Shown piece after piece: positions 9,625-18,250 of a stretch of 64,000 bases of DNA (positions are counted from its first letter, which is position 1; each line of letters starts with the position of its first letter). A program made the translations under genes and the position numbers. The stretch is from Fimbriimonadaceae bacterium (GTDB taxonomy: Bacteria; Armatimonadota; Fimbriimonadia; Fimbriimonadales; Fimbriimonadaceae). Under the pieces are notes generated by a model. It saw nothing but the letters and a program-made list of their open reading frames with translations. It did not search any database and was not told the DNA's origin. Where the stretch lies: contig JAHBTC010000001.1 in assembly GCA_019638835.1 (NCBI GenBank), forward strand, positions 6,260 through 70,259, in the 5' to 3' direction.

Positions 9625-10734
9625 TCAATGATCGGTTGCGAGGACGCCGGGACGATACTCGGTCACGCTCATATAGGGACTGCCTGGCCGAAGAATGCAG
9701 TCGGGGAATCCTGGCTGGTTAGGTGAATCGGGGAAGTACTGGGTTTCAAGACATAAGCCTCCGAAAGGACCGATCGTTTGTCCAGCCTTTCCCGGCACGG
9801 GAATCGCAAGCATTTGCCCCCCATAGAACTGCAAACCCGGCAAATCGGTAGCGACTTCTAATGTGCGGCCCGACTCCGAGTGAGCAAGTATTGCCGCCCG
9901 CCCTGGTCGCCTCAAAACGAAGTTGTGATCAAATCCCCTCGATAAGGCGAGTTGCGGATGATCCTGGTGTTGTACATCTCTGAGCGTCATTGGCTGCCGG
10001 AAATCAAATGACGTGTCGGCAACGGCCTCCTTATCGCCTGTAGGGATCATCCCTGCATTGATGGGCGTGAAACTGTCGGCGAAGATTTGAAGGGAATGGT
10101 CATCGGTCGTGCCTTGCCCCGCCAGGTTAAAGTAGCCGTGATGGGCCATGGAGAACGGCGTCGGGCGATCAGTTTGCGCTGTCGTCGTGATCCGAAGGGC
10201 TCCCGAAGCGAGTAACTGGAAAGTGACGCGAACCATCACGTTGCCCGGATACTCTTCCTCACCATCCGGTGAAATCCTCCAGAAAGTGATGGCGGGCTCT
10301 TCACCTCCCGTCGTTTGCGCCGACCAGACACGACGATCAAAGCCAATTTCACCTCCATGTAAGTGGCACGGTATGCCGCCCGGGGAGTTGTTCGTCGTAA
10401 GTTGATGCTCGACTCCATCCAACGTGAAATTCCCGCTGGCAATTCGGTTGGCAAACCGGCCAACCATACAGCCGAAGTACGGTGAATGCCGCTCATAGTC
10501 AGCGAGGTTGTCGAATCCGAGCACAATATCCGCGAGACTGCCCCTTCGGTCCGGAGTGAACCACGATTGAACGAGGAGGCCATACTCGGAGATCGTAACT
10601 CTAGTGCCATTCGGCAGAGATAGTTCGAAGAGGTGAACCGCTTCTCCGGTGCCAGTGATTCCCCACGGTCGTCTGCGGATCCCCCGTCCAATCCCACGCC
10701 ATACGGGCATCGCCTCCCTGCTCAAAGCCATCAA
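9625..10734 (-). CDS. galM: aldose 1-epimerase (galactose mutarotase)
   Basis: 369 aa. Motifs VLGFDNLADY, GRFANRIASGNFTLDG, HLHGGEIGFDRRVW, AHHGYFNL and CLETQYFPDSPN. The exact start among several N-terminal Met codons is uncertain. Confidence 0.85.
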   Translation of the reverse strand: MMALSREAMPVWRGIGRGIRRRPWGITGTGEAVHLFELSLPNGTRVTISEYGLLVQSWFTPDRRGSLADIVLGFDNLADYERHSPYFGCMVGRFANRIASGNFTLDGVEHQLTTNNSPGGIPCHLHGGEIGFDRRVWSAQTTGGEEPAITFWRISPDGEEEYPGNVMVRVTFQLLASGALRITTTAQTDRPTPFSMAHHGYFNLAGQGTTDDHSLQIFADSFTPINAGMIPTGDKEAVADTSFDFRQPMTLRDVQHQDHPQLALSRGFDHNFVLRRPGRAAILAHSESGRTLEVATDLPGLQFYGGQMLAIPVPGKAGQTIGPFGGLCLETQYFPDSPNQPGFPDCILRPGSPYMSVTEYRPGVLATDH

Positions 10735-10848
10735 AGTCAGATGAGGATATCCGAGTCTCGAGTCTTAACGGCGACACGGACTCATGGCTTTGACACCCAA
10801 AAGGGGAACCTCGTCGTCGGTTATCCTGTTAGTTCGTAGGGGTTAATA

Positions 10849-11238
10849 ATGAAATCTCAACTGACTTTAATCATTGCCGCTTTGCTTGTCGGCTTCGCCG
10901 CTATCGCTTGCCAACCTGCCGCTGAGCCGACCGGAGACGTCGAGACTCCGGCGGGTACGGACTCGAAGCCCGCTGAGGACGGCGGAGGCACGACTTCCAC
11001 CACGATGGGCGAAGAAGTACCCGCCTTTATGGTGGACGGGAAACTTGTTTGCCCGGTGATGGGTGCGACGGTGGAGTCCGCAGAAAAGGCGGTCGGCTAC
11101 CAAGATTACGAAGGCAAGCGCTACTACTTCTGCTGCGGAATGTGCCCGGAGCAGTTTGAGAAGGATCCGGCCAAGTTCGTGAAAGCGATGGAAGAGAAGG
11201 CAAAGGAAGGCGAGAAGCCCGCCGAATCTCAATCCTAA
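10849..11238 (+). CDS. YHS-domain lipoprotein (putative metal-binding)
   Basis: 129 aa. Lipobox LVGFAAIAC. CPVMGATV...YQDYEGKRYYFCCGMCPEQFEKDP is a YHS/TRASH-type motif. Confidence 0.75.
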   Translation: MKSQLTLIIAALLVGFAAIACQPAAEPTGDVETPAGTDSKPAEDGGGTTSTTMGEEVPAFMVDGKLVCPVMGATVESAEKAVGYQDYEGKRYYFCCGMCPEQFEKDPAKFVKAMEEKAKEGEKPAESQS

Positions 11239-11276
11239 GTTAATCTGTTTCCGAACGGACTACAACAGAATCTTGA

Positions 11277-11786
11277 ATGGGGCAAACTCAGCCAATGGCT
11301 GAGGCCCCATTCGAACTTTCTGCCGGTCACCGCTGGTTCGCTATTGAATCCAACAACGCTGCATGGGATCTCCTGAGCGAGTCTAATCGCGACGAAGATG
11401 GGGATGAAGCGATGATTCACCTCGCTCACGCGGCTCTCTACCACTGGTCGCAAGTGGGGCAGCCAATCAATCGACTTAGAGGCTATTTGTTGCTTGCCAA
11501 AGCCTATGTAGAGACCGACGAAGTGGAAGGTGCTTTACGTTGGGCAGACATGGCAATTCACTCCCTTGAGTCAACCCCCGACGCCAACGCCTTCGACCGC
11601 GTCTGTGCCCTCGCCGTAGCGGCGGAAGCTCTCTCCATGGCAGGAGAAGAGGAAGAAGCAGTTTCGCTTGCGGAAGATGCCGTGGAGGCTTTCACCGGCA
11701 TAGACGATAAGGAGGAACGAGACGTTCTTCTCAAGTTTTACGGAAATGTACTCGCGCCGGAAGATGGCGACGCATCCGAGGAATAA
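11277..11786 (+). CDS. hypothetical acidic helical protein
   Basis: 169 aa ORF with coding-like composition. No family recognised. Confidence 0.4.
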   Translation: MGQTQPMAEAPFELSAGHRWFAIESNNAAWDLLSESNRDEDGDEAMIHLAHAALYHWSQVGQPINRLRGYLLLAKAYVETDEVEGALRWADMAIHSLESTPDANAFDRVCALAVAAEALSMAGEEEEAVSLAEDAVEAFTGIDDKEERDVLLKFYGNVLAPEDGDASEE

Positions 11787-11792
11787 GAGTTG

Positions 11793-11825
11793 CCGGGCCG
11801 AGTTCGGTTTGCTTTCTCGGCCCGG
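11793..11825. terminator. hairpin between convergent genes (possible bidirectional terminator)
   Basis: CCGGGCCGA (11793-11801) pairs perfectly with TCGGCCCGG (11817-11825), with a 15-nt loop. It sits between the stops at 11786 (+) and 11836 (-). Confidence 0.45.
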
Positions 11826-11835
11826 TTGTACCGCC

Positions 11836-13398
11836 CTACGGCGAATGTAGAGTGTCCTTCACGGCAACTTCCCAGATGCTCGCGAAAATCATTCGCGCGA
11901 CCATTTCCATTTGCCCGAAGTCAATCCGACTGACCTCGTCGCTCGCCTGGTGATAGTCCTCGTGAACGCCTGAGAAAAAGAACGCGATCGGTATTCCGGC
12001 GTTTGCGTAATGGACGTGATCGCTACGTTGCCAGAAGCGATTAGGGTCGTTCCGGTCATCGTATCGGGGATCAAGATTCAACCGCATTGTCTGGTCGTTG
12101 ACTCTTCGAATCAACGTATCAAGTTCAGGGGAGAACGCTTTAGGGCCAATCATGTAGATGGAACCTCGAGGTGAGAGATCTGCATTGCGTGGGTTGTCGG
12201 GGGAACCTTCTTTTGACCGCCCAATCATGTCAATGTTTAGCATCGCTTTGACACGGTCGAGAGGGATCGTCGGATGTTGGGTGAAGTATTGACTTCCCCA
12301 GAGTCCCTTCTCCTCGCCGCAATGCCAAATGAATGCGATGCTTCGACGCGGTCGAACGCCAGACCGAGACGCGGCTTCTGCCATAGCCAACAGAGTTACC
12401 GTTCCGCTCCCGTCATCATCCGCACCATTCCAGATTCCATCGGAACCGTCGGTCGTGACCCGCATCCCTACATGATCATAGTGAGCCCCGGTCATGACGT
12501 ATTCGTTCTTCAGCACAGGATCAGAACCAGGGAAAATCGCGATGACATTCTGCGTCACCTGCGTATTTGAGTTGGCTTCGACCCGGAACTTCGCCTTCAT
12601 TGAGGTCAGAGTTCGGGACTTCATGGCGTCTTCGGCCGGAGTCTGCGTCATCACGTTGTTGGCCGCCTCGCCAAGAATCGCACCTGCCACATTGGCTCCG
12701 GCATAGAATACGGGGACCGATGCGGACGCGTCCGGATTTGCGGGAGTCGCTCTACCGTTCTGATACTGCTGGGCCCGACGGTTCCAGAATTGCGAGCCGG
12801 CGTTCCGATCGAGATATATAACGGCTAGGGCTTCGGATTGACGCGCCATATCCGTGGCTGTCCAATAATCGGTGCCGGCACGCCCCTGCAGTCCTCGGGG
12901 GCCTGCGCCGCTCAAGGCGACGATGATTTTGCCTTTCAGATCCATACCCGCATATGGGTCTTCACCATCCTTGACTTTGATGCCGTTGCCGACAAAAACG
13001 AGTTCTCCCTCACCGCTTCCGCTCGTCGGTTCGGCGATCATCTCGTCGCCAAAGTCAAATTCGTTTTCTCCAATGCTGAGAATCGTTCCTTCAGGATTGA
13101 CCGAGCGAGCATCAAGTTGGATTTTCTGGAAGTAAGTGCCGTTATCGCCCCCCGGCTCTAATCCCCAGCGTTCGCACAGGGACGCTATGAAAAGCGCGGT
13201 GACGTCGAGACCACGAGAAGGTGTGTCGCGACCCTCCATCAAGTCGTCGGCGACGAATTTGAGGTAGGCACGTAGTTGATTCTGCGTTATGCCGCCGATC
13301 GGAGCCCCGTTTGGGGCGCGCTCCATCCCGGCTTGAGCGAATGAGGTGACCGCCAGCAGAAGCGAGGCCGCCACCGAAAAAGTGCGAGTACGAAGCAT
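11836..13398 (-). CDS. M28-family aminopeptidase with PA domain, secreted
   Basis: 520 aa. Signal peptide, then the M28 metal-ligand context GAHYDHVG, NGADDDGSG, CGEEKGLWGS and HEDYHQASD. Confidence 0.85.
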   Translation of the reverse strand: MLRTRTFSVAASLLLAVTSFAQAGMERAPNGAPIGGITQNQLRAYLKFVADDLMEGRDTPSRGLDVTALFIASLCERWGLEPGGDNGTYFQKIQLDARSVNPEGTILSIGENEFDFGDEMIAEPTSGSGEGELVFVGNGIKVKDGEDPYAGMDLKGKIIVALSGAGPRGLQGRAGTDYWTATDMARQSEALAVIYLDRNAGSQFWNRRAQQYQNGRATPANPDASASVPVFYAGANVAGAILGEAANNVMTQTPAEDAMKSRTLTSMKAKFRVEANSNTQVTQNVIAIFPGSDPVLKNEYVMTGAHYDHVGMRVTTDGSDGIWNGADDDGSGTVTLLAMAEAASRSGVRPRRSIAFIWHCGEEKGLWGSQYFTQHPTIPLDRVKAMLNIDMIGRSKEGSPDNPRNADLSPRGSIYMIGPKAFSPELDTLIRRVNDQTMRLNLDPRYDDRNDPNRFWQRSDHVHYANAGIPIAFFFSGVHEDYHQASDEVSRIDFGQMEMVARMIFASIWEVAVKDTLHSP

Positions 13399-13467
13399 CG
13401 TCCCGATACGATACAGAAATTCGTTGCCATTTTGCTCCCTCGTGTCTGTGCATAAAGTCCTGCATAG

Positions 13468-13481
13468 TGCATAAATATGCG
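13468..13481. promoter_or_regulatory. candidate ARG box (ArgR operator) upstream of argR
   Basis: TGCATAAATATGCG is a near-palindrome with the TGNAT-wwww-ATNCA architecture of ARG boxes, 21 nt upstream of the argR ATG. A weaker TGCATA-containing copy lies immediately upstream (13449-13466). Confidence 0.35.
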
Positions 13482-13501
13482 TTTCACGTCATAATGAAGC
13501 C

Positions 13502-13945
13502 ATGCCGGTCTCATCTAGCCGCCGCCGAGAGGCGGTACGACGCCTGCTCCTCACGGGAAGAGTTCGATCCCAGGAGGAAGTTGTCTCGTTCCTGCGGGCT
13601 CAAGGGATAGGAGCGACCCAAAGCAGCGTTTCCCGAGATCTCGGTCAGTTAGGTGCGGTCCGGCAGGGAGGGCGCTACGTTCTTCCCAGCCGCGTTCAAT
13701 TGAGTCTAGACGTTGATAATGCGGTTGTTCTCAGTGCAATTCCTGCAGGGCCCAACCTTTTGGTGGTGCGGACACTTATCGGCTGCGCAACTCGGCTCGC
13801 GCTTGAGATTGACCATCAGGAGTGGGAGGAAGTAATCGGCACCGTTGCCGGGGATGACACCATCTTTATCGCCACGGCTGATGCGTCTGACCAAGCGAAA
13901 GTTGCGAAGCGCCTAAACTGGGCGGAAGAGGCTGACCATGCCTAG
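13502..13945 (+). CDS. argR: arginine repressor
   Basis: 147 aa. Winged-helix N-terminus SQEEVVSFLRAQGIGATQSSVSRDLGQLG and C-terminal GDDTIFI arginine-binding motif. Confidence 0.85.
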   Translation: MPVSSSRRREAVRRLLLTGRVRSQEEVVSFLRAQGIGATQSSVSRDLGQLGAVRQGGRYVLPSRVQLSLDVDNAVVLSAIPAGPNLLVVRTLIGCATRLALEIDHQEWEEVIGTVAGDDTIFIATADASDQAKVAKRLNWAEEADHA

Positions 13946-15143
13946 GCACGTTGTACTGGCCTATTCTGGAGGGCTAGATACAAGTTGGTGCATTCCCCAC
14001 CTGATCAATGAAGGCTATGACGTCACGACGGCAACGGTGGACGTCGGTGGGCTGGATGAAGCGGCTCGTTACGACCTCGAAAGTCGGGCGTTGATCTTAG
14101 GGGCCAAGGCACATCACATCGTTGACGCAAGACAGTTGTTCTACGATAAGACGGTCCGATTCTTGATCGCAGGAAATGTTCGTCGAGGCGGTGTCTATCC
14201 CCTCTGCGTGGGTGCCGAACGAACTGTGCAGGCGATGGAGTCTGCGCGGATTTCAGTCGAACTCGGGGCCGATGCCGTAGCCCACGGATGCACCGCCGCC
14301 GGTAATGATCAAGTGCGCTTTGATACGGCGCTAAGGGCGATCAACCCGGATCTTACCGTGATCGCGCCGATCCGTGATCTCATGCCAACACGAACGCAAC
14401 AGGTCGCCGATCTCGAAGCTCTTGGGCTGCCCGTTCCTTCTCACGGTGCCGCCTACTCTGTGAACTCGGGGCTATGGGGAGTAACGATTGGGGGTTCCGA
14501 AACGAAGTCGAGCGATGGTCATCTGCCCGAATCCGCGTGGCAACGAACCAAAGGTGCCTTGCAGGCGGCCAAACCCGATCGGACTCTTGTGATTGGATTT
14601 GAGAAAGGGCACCCCGTGTCAATGGACGGAAAGAACATGGAACCCGTGGACTTAATCGAAGCCCTTGATGTTATCGCAGCCTCATACGGCATTGGTCGCG
14701 GGATTCATTTGGGCGATACCGTGCTTGGTTTGAAAGGACGGGTCGCATTTGAGGCGCCAGCGGCGACGGTCTTAATTGATGCTCACCGTGAACTTGAGAA
14801 GCTAGTTCTGACCGGACGCCAACAGCAAGCGAAAGACTCAGTCGCTCGTCAATACGGCGATTGGCTCCACGAGGGCCACGCCCTTGACCCTGCCGTTCGC
14901 GATCTTGAAGCGTTGCTCCACAGTAGCCAAGCGCGTGTGACGGGTGAAGTGGAACTCACACTTCGCACTGGCGGATTTTTCGTGGAGGGCGTCCGCTCCC
15001 CTTACTCGTTGCTAGCGGCAAGTGGATCGGTATACGGCGAAGAAGCGAAGGACTATTCCGCCAGAGATGCGGCTGGATTTGCCCGAATCGTAGGCATGCC
15101 GAGCGTATTGGCCGCGCGTGCCGGAAAGCACGGGGACGCATGA
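13938..15143 (+). CDS. argG: argininosuccinate synthase
   Basis: 401 aa. Motifs VLAYSGGLDTS, AHGCTAAGNDQVRF and SVNSGLWG. It overlaps argR by 8 nt. Confidence 0.95.
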   Translation: MPRHVVLAYSGGLDTSWCIPHLINEGYDVTTATVDVGGLDEAARYDLESRALILGAKAHHIVDARQLFYDKTVRFLIAGNVRRGGVYPLCVGAERTVQAMESARISVELGADAVAHGCTAAGNDQVRFDTALRAINPDLTVIAPIRDLMPTRTQQVADLEALGLPVPSHGAAYSVNSGLWGVTIGGSETKSSDGHLPESAWQRTKGALQAAKPDRTLVIGFEKGHPVSMDGKNMEPVDLIEALDVIAASYGIGRGIHLGDTVLGLKGRVAFEAPAATVLIDAHRELEKLVLTGRQQQAKDSVARQYGDWLHEGHALDPAVRDLEALLHSSQARVTGEVELTLRTGGFFVEGVRSPYSLLAASGSVYGEEAKDYSARDAAGFARIVGMPSVLAARAGKHGDA

Positions 15144-16192
15144 AGCCTTTGACTCTCGACAAAGTGGCGAGCGTCACTTACAACTGCAATCTTGATCGCG
15201 AAGTTCGCGTCGGAAACGAATTTCCTTGCCAGTCCGGTGATGTCGTTGCGGTCAGAGTGAAGAATAGCAAGAGCACTTATAACGTCTTGGAACTGCCGAC
15301 CGGGCGCTTTAGTAGCCTCAAGCCCGGTGACATCATTGCTGGGGCACTTGGGCATCGGCGGGCTCTACAAGGCTATGCGGGAGTCGTTCCGGATAGCCTG
15401 GCCGTTGGCGATACCGTTCAACTCTTGAACATGGGTGGAGTACTCGGGCACTGCACTTCAGCCAGCGCCGAAGTTGGCCCACCATTTGAATGTGAGGTGC
15501 TTGGTCAAGTTTTGGAGTTTCCGTTTCTCGGCTCCCGTACCGGTATTCCCGCCAACATTGCGCGTCAAGTGGGTCCGCTCGACGAGACGCTTTCACCTAA
15601 TCTCCCGCCCGTGCTCGCGATTGTCGGAACCTGCATGAATAGCGGCAAAACCCAAGCGTGCGCGAATCTCATCCAAGAGTTCACGAGAGAACATCGAAGG
15701 GTCGCCGCTTGCAAAGTGACCGGGGTTAGTCTGCGCCGTGATGTTCTTGGGATGGCCGATGCCGGCGCCCATCCCGTTACGTCATTCACCGACCTGGGAG
15801 TCGTGACTTCGTCGCGTGAGACCGCACCAGCCGTTACAAGAACGCTACTGAATCGTTTGGCGAAAGATCGCCCAGACCTGATCGTGGTTGAGTTGGGGGA
15901 TGGTTTGATGGGTGATTACGGCGTCGATGCAATTTTTCAATGCGCCGATCTCCGTGATGCATTTACTTCCGTAGTCTTGGCGGCGAACGATCCCGTGGGC
16001 GCATGGGGGGGCACAGAACTGCTCCGAAACACATTTGAAGCGCAGATCGCCGCGATCACGGGGCCGTGTACCGATAACGAAGCAGGCTCGGGGGCGGTGA
16101 CGAGGACAACGGGATGTCTCGCGCTCAACGCACGCAGTCAGGCCCGTGAACTCGCCGCGCAACTACTCGCATCGCTAGGGGTGGTCGGTTGA
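15140..16192 (+). CDS. uncharacterised P-loop protein embedded in the arg operon (DTBS/CobQ/DUF1611-like nucleotide-binding C-terminal domain)
   Basis: 350 aa. ATGA overlap with the argG stop and TTGA overlap with the argC start. The P-loop-like LAIVGTCMNSGKTQAC followed by KVTG... and IVVELGDGL resembles the GT....GK(T) / EGQGS pattern I recall for DUF1611/dethiobiotin-synthetase-like folds. The N-terminal 150 aa look beta-rich and I do not recognise them. Confidence 0.7.
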   Translation: MKPLTLDKVASVTYNCNLDREVRVGNEFPCQSGDVVAVRVKNSKSTYNVLELPTGRFSSLKPGDIIAGALGHRRALQGYAGVVPDSLAVGDTVQLLNMGGVLGHCTSASAEVGPPFECEVLGQVLEFPFLGSRTGIPANIARQVGPLDETLSPNLPPVLAIVGTCMNSGKTQACANLIQEFTREHRRVAACKVTGVSLRRDVLGMADAGAHPVTSFTDLGVVTSSRETAPAVTRTLLNRLAKDRPDLIVVELGDGLMGDYGVDAIFQCADLRDAFTSVVLAANDPVGAWGGTELLRNTFEAQIAAITGPCTDNEAGSGAVTRTTGCLALNARSQARELAAQLLASLGVVG

Positions 16193-17244
16193 AACCCATC
16201 TTTGTGTTCGGAGCAACGGGCTACGTTGGCGCAGAACTAATTCGCTGGACAGTCGGTCATCCTGCATTTGAACTGACAAGTGCGGTGTCTTCGTCCCAAG
16301 CGGAAAAGCCCATCTCGGATGTCCTGCCCGCATTTTTGGCAACCTTGCCCGACGCCCGATATGAATCTCTGGATACAGCGATTTCTAAAGTCAGCGAACT
16401 GCCCGAAGCCGGCATTTTCTTAGCCCTACCGCACGGGGAAAGTGCTCGGCTCGCGCAGCGACTGATAACCGACTCGATTCAGGAAGGGCGAAGGCTTCAC
16501 TTAGTAGACCTATCGGCGGACTTCCGATTCGCAGATCCGAACAGCTACGAAGCGTGGCACGGCTCATCGCATCCAGCCTCCGACTTGATATCAACCTTCT
16601 TTTGCGGGCATCCCGAACTTCATCCCGAAGTGAATGCGCAGCCGATTGCCCACCCCGGTTGCTTCACAACTTCAGTCACTTTGCCACTTGCCCCCCTTTG
16701 GCACCACAAGCTGATTGCTCCGAACGTGCAAGTCAGCGGCGTGACAGGAAGCACAGGCAGTGGTCGCGAACCGAAGCCGGGAACTCACCACCCTGACCGA
16801 CATGGCGGGTTATGGGCTTACTCCCCGCTCACCCACCGCCACGCCGAAGAGATGGAGATGCTCGTGGATCGACACGGGGAGTCAGGAATTGACATCGCGT
16901 TTGTCCCCCATTCAGGGCCATTCACTCGAGGCATCCTCTCGACAATCTTTGCCGAAATGGACGAACCCCGGTCGGCCGAAGAAGTTGTGGAATTGATCAA
17001 CGGCTTTTATGTGCCGCGAGGGCCCTTCGTGCGTGCGACCTCGAGCCATCCGAGCGTGAAACATGTTGCGGGGAGTAACTTCTGCCGCATCGGAGTGACG
17101 ACGAACGGAACGCAATTGGTGATGACATCCGCTATTGATAACCTCATCAAAGGCGCAGCGGGAGGGGCGATGCAGTGGATGAACCGATTGGTTGGATTAC
17201 CGGACGAGACGGGATTGATGACTGTTGCACCCGGATGGATGTGA
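16189..17244 (+). CDS. argC: N-acyl-gamma-glutamyl-phosphate reductase
   Basis: 351 aa with a TTG start. Motif FVFGATGYVGAELIRW, active-site Cys context HPGCFTT, C-terminal IDNLIKGAAG. Confidence 0.9.
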   Translation: MKPIFVFGATGYVGAELIRWTVGHPAFELTSAVSSSQAEKPISDVLPAFLATLPDARYESLDTAISKVSELPEAGIFLALPHGESARLAQRLITDSIQEGRRLHLVDLSADFRFADPNSYEAWHGSSHPASDLISTFFCGHPELHPEVNAQPIAHPGCFTTSVTLPLAPLWHHKLIAPNVQVSGVTGSTGSGREPKPGTHHPDRHGGLWAYSPLTHRHAEEMEMLVDRHGESGIDIAFVPHSGPFTRGILSTIFAEMDEPRSAEEVVELINGFYVPRGPFVRATSSHPSVKHVAGSNFCRIGVTTNGTQLVMTSAIDNLIKGAAGGAMQWMNRLVGLPDETGLMTVAPGWM

Positions 17245-17257
17245 AGGAAGGCACACG

Positions 17258-18250
17258 ATGAATCAGAGATTTCTTGACCTCGCGGCTCTGGACGATGATC
17301 GCATTCAAAGCCTGCTACGGCTAGCAAGGGAATTGCAGTCCGCACCGATTTCTAACGCGCTCCGAGGGAAGGTGCTTGGGCTACTCTTTATGAATCCGAG
17401 TCTCCGCACGCTTGCCTCTTTTCAGGCCGGCATGGCGCAACTGGGGGGATCCAGTTTTGTGATCGCCCCTGGGGCAGGAAGTTGGGCGCTAGAGACTCAA
17501 CCGGGAGTGGTGATGGACGGGGACAAACCGGAACATATCCGGGATGCAATCCCGGTATTGAGTGGTTACGCCGATGCGCTCGGAGTTCGGTGCTTCGCGA
17601 ACCAATTGAGCCTGAGTGAAGACTTGAACGAAGTGTTTCTTCGCGAACTCAATACGCTGACCCCAGGGCCCCTCATCAATCTAGAATCGGCAGCAAATCA
17701 CCCCTGCCAAGCGCTTGCCGAGTGGAAGTCACTTGATGATCTTGAGGTGCCCGCGAACGGCCGCTTTGTTCTGAGTTGGACATGGCATCCGAAGGCTTTG
17801 GCGTACGCTGTTCCTGCAGCAACCGGGACGATGGCGGCTCGCCGAGGAATGGACTTAGTCATTCTCCGCCCAGAAGGATACGACTTGCCGGAGCCGATCA
17901 TGCAACGGATCTATTCGGAAGCGTCTCATGGTGGTGGACGAGTAACCGTGACCGACGATCGGGAAGCCGCGATGCAAGGTGCGCATATTCTCTACGCCAA
18001 GAGTTGGGCGAAGGCCGATGCACCAAATGGTTATGGATCTCCTGAGAGTCATTTGCGGCATTGGTGCGCCGACGAGTCCTGGTTTGCAAACGCTGATCCA
18101 AGAGCAAAGTTTTTCCACTGTCTCCCGCTCCGTCGCAATGTGGAGGCGACGGATGCGATCCTCAACGGCCCCAGATCAGAAGTTCAGCGCGTGGCCAATA
18201 ATCGACTCCACGTGCAAAAAGCGGTGCTTATGGAGATGCTCTCAAAATGA
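17258..18250 (+). CDS. argF': N-acetyl/N-succinyl-ornithine carbamoyltransferase-type transcarbamylase (argF' family)
   Basis: The credible start is ATG 17258, 13 nt after the argC stop and preceded by GAAGGAAGG; the track start 17225 overlaps argC. FMNPSLRTLASF occupies the carbamoyl-phosphate motif position, and HCLPLRRNVEATD matches the HCLPxRRN signature I associate with AOTCase/SOTCase rather than classical OTCase (HCLPA). Confidence 0.8.
   Translation: MNQRFLDLAALDDDRIQSLLRLARELQSAPISNALRGKVLGLLFMNPSLRTLASFQAGMAQLGGSSFVIAPGAGSWALETQPGVVMDGDKPEHIRDAIPVLSGYADALGVRCFANQLSLSEDLNEVFLRELNTLTPGPLINLESAANHPCQALAEWKSLDDLEVPANGRFVLSWTWHPKALAYAVPAATGTMAARRGMDLVILRPEGYDLPEPIMQRIYSEASHGGGRVTVTDDREAAMQGAHILYAKSWAKADAPNGYGSPESHLRHWCADESWFANADPRAKFFHCLPLRRNVEATDAILNGPRSEVQRVANNRLHVQKAVLMEMLSK

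Noticed and set aside
13490-13504. Possible leaderless argR mRNA, with CATAAT ending 6 nt before the ATG.
   Set aside because: This is only a hexamer resemblance. A weak GAAG Shine-Dalgarno is also present, and no convincing -35 sits at the right spacing. Not supportable without 5' end mapping.
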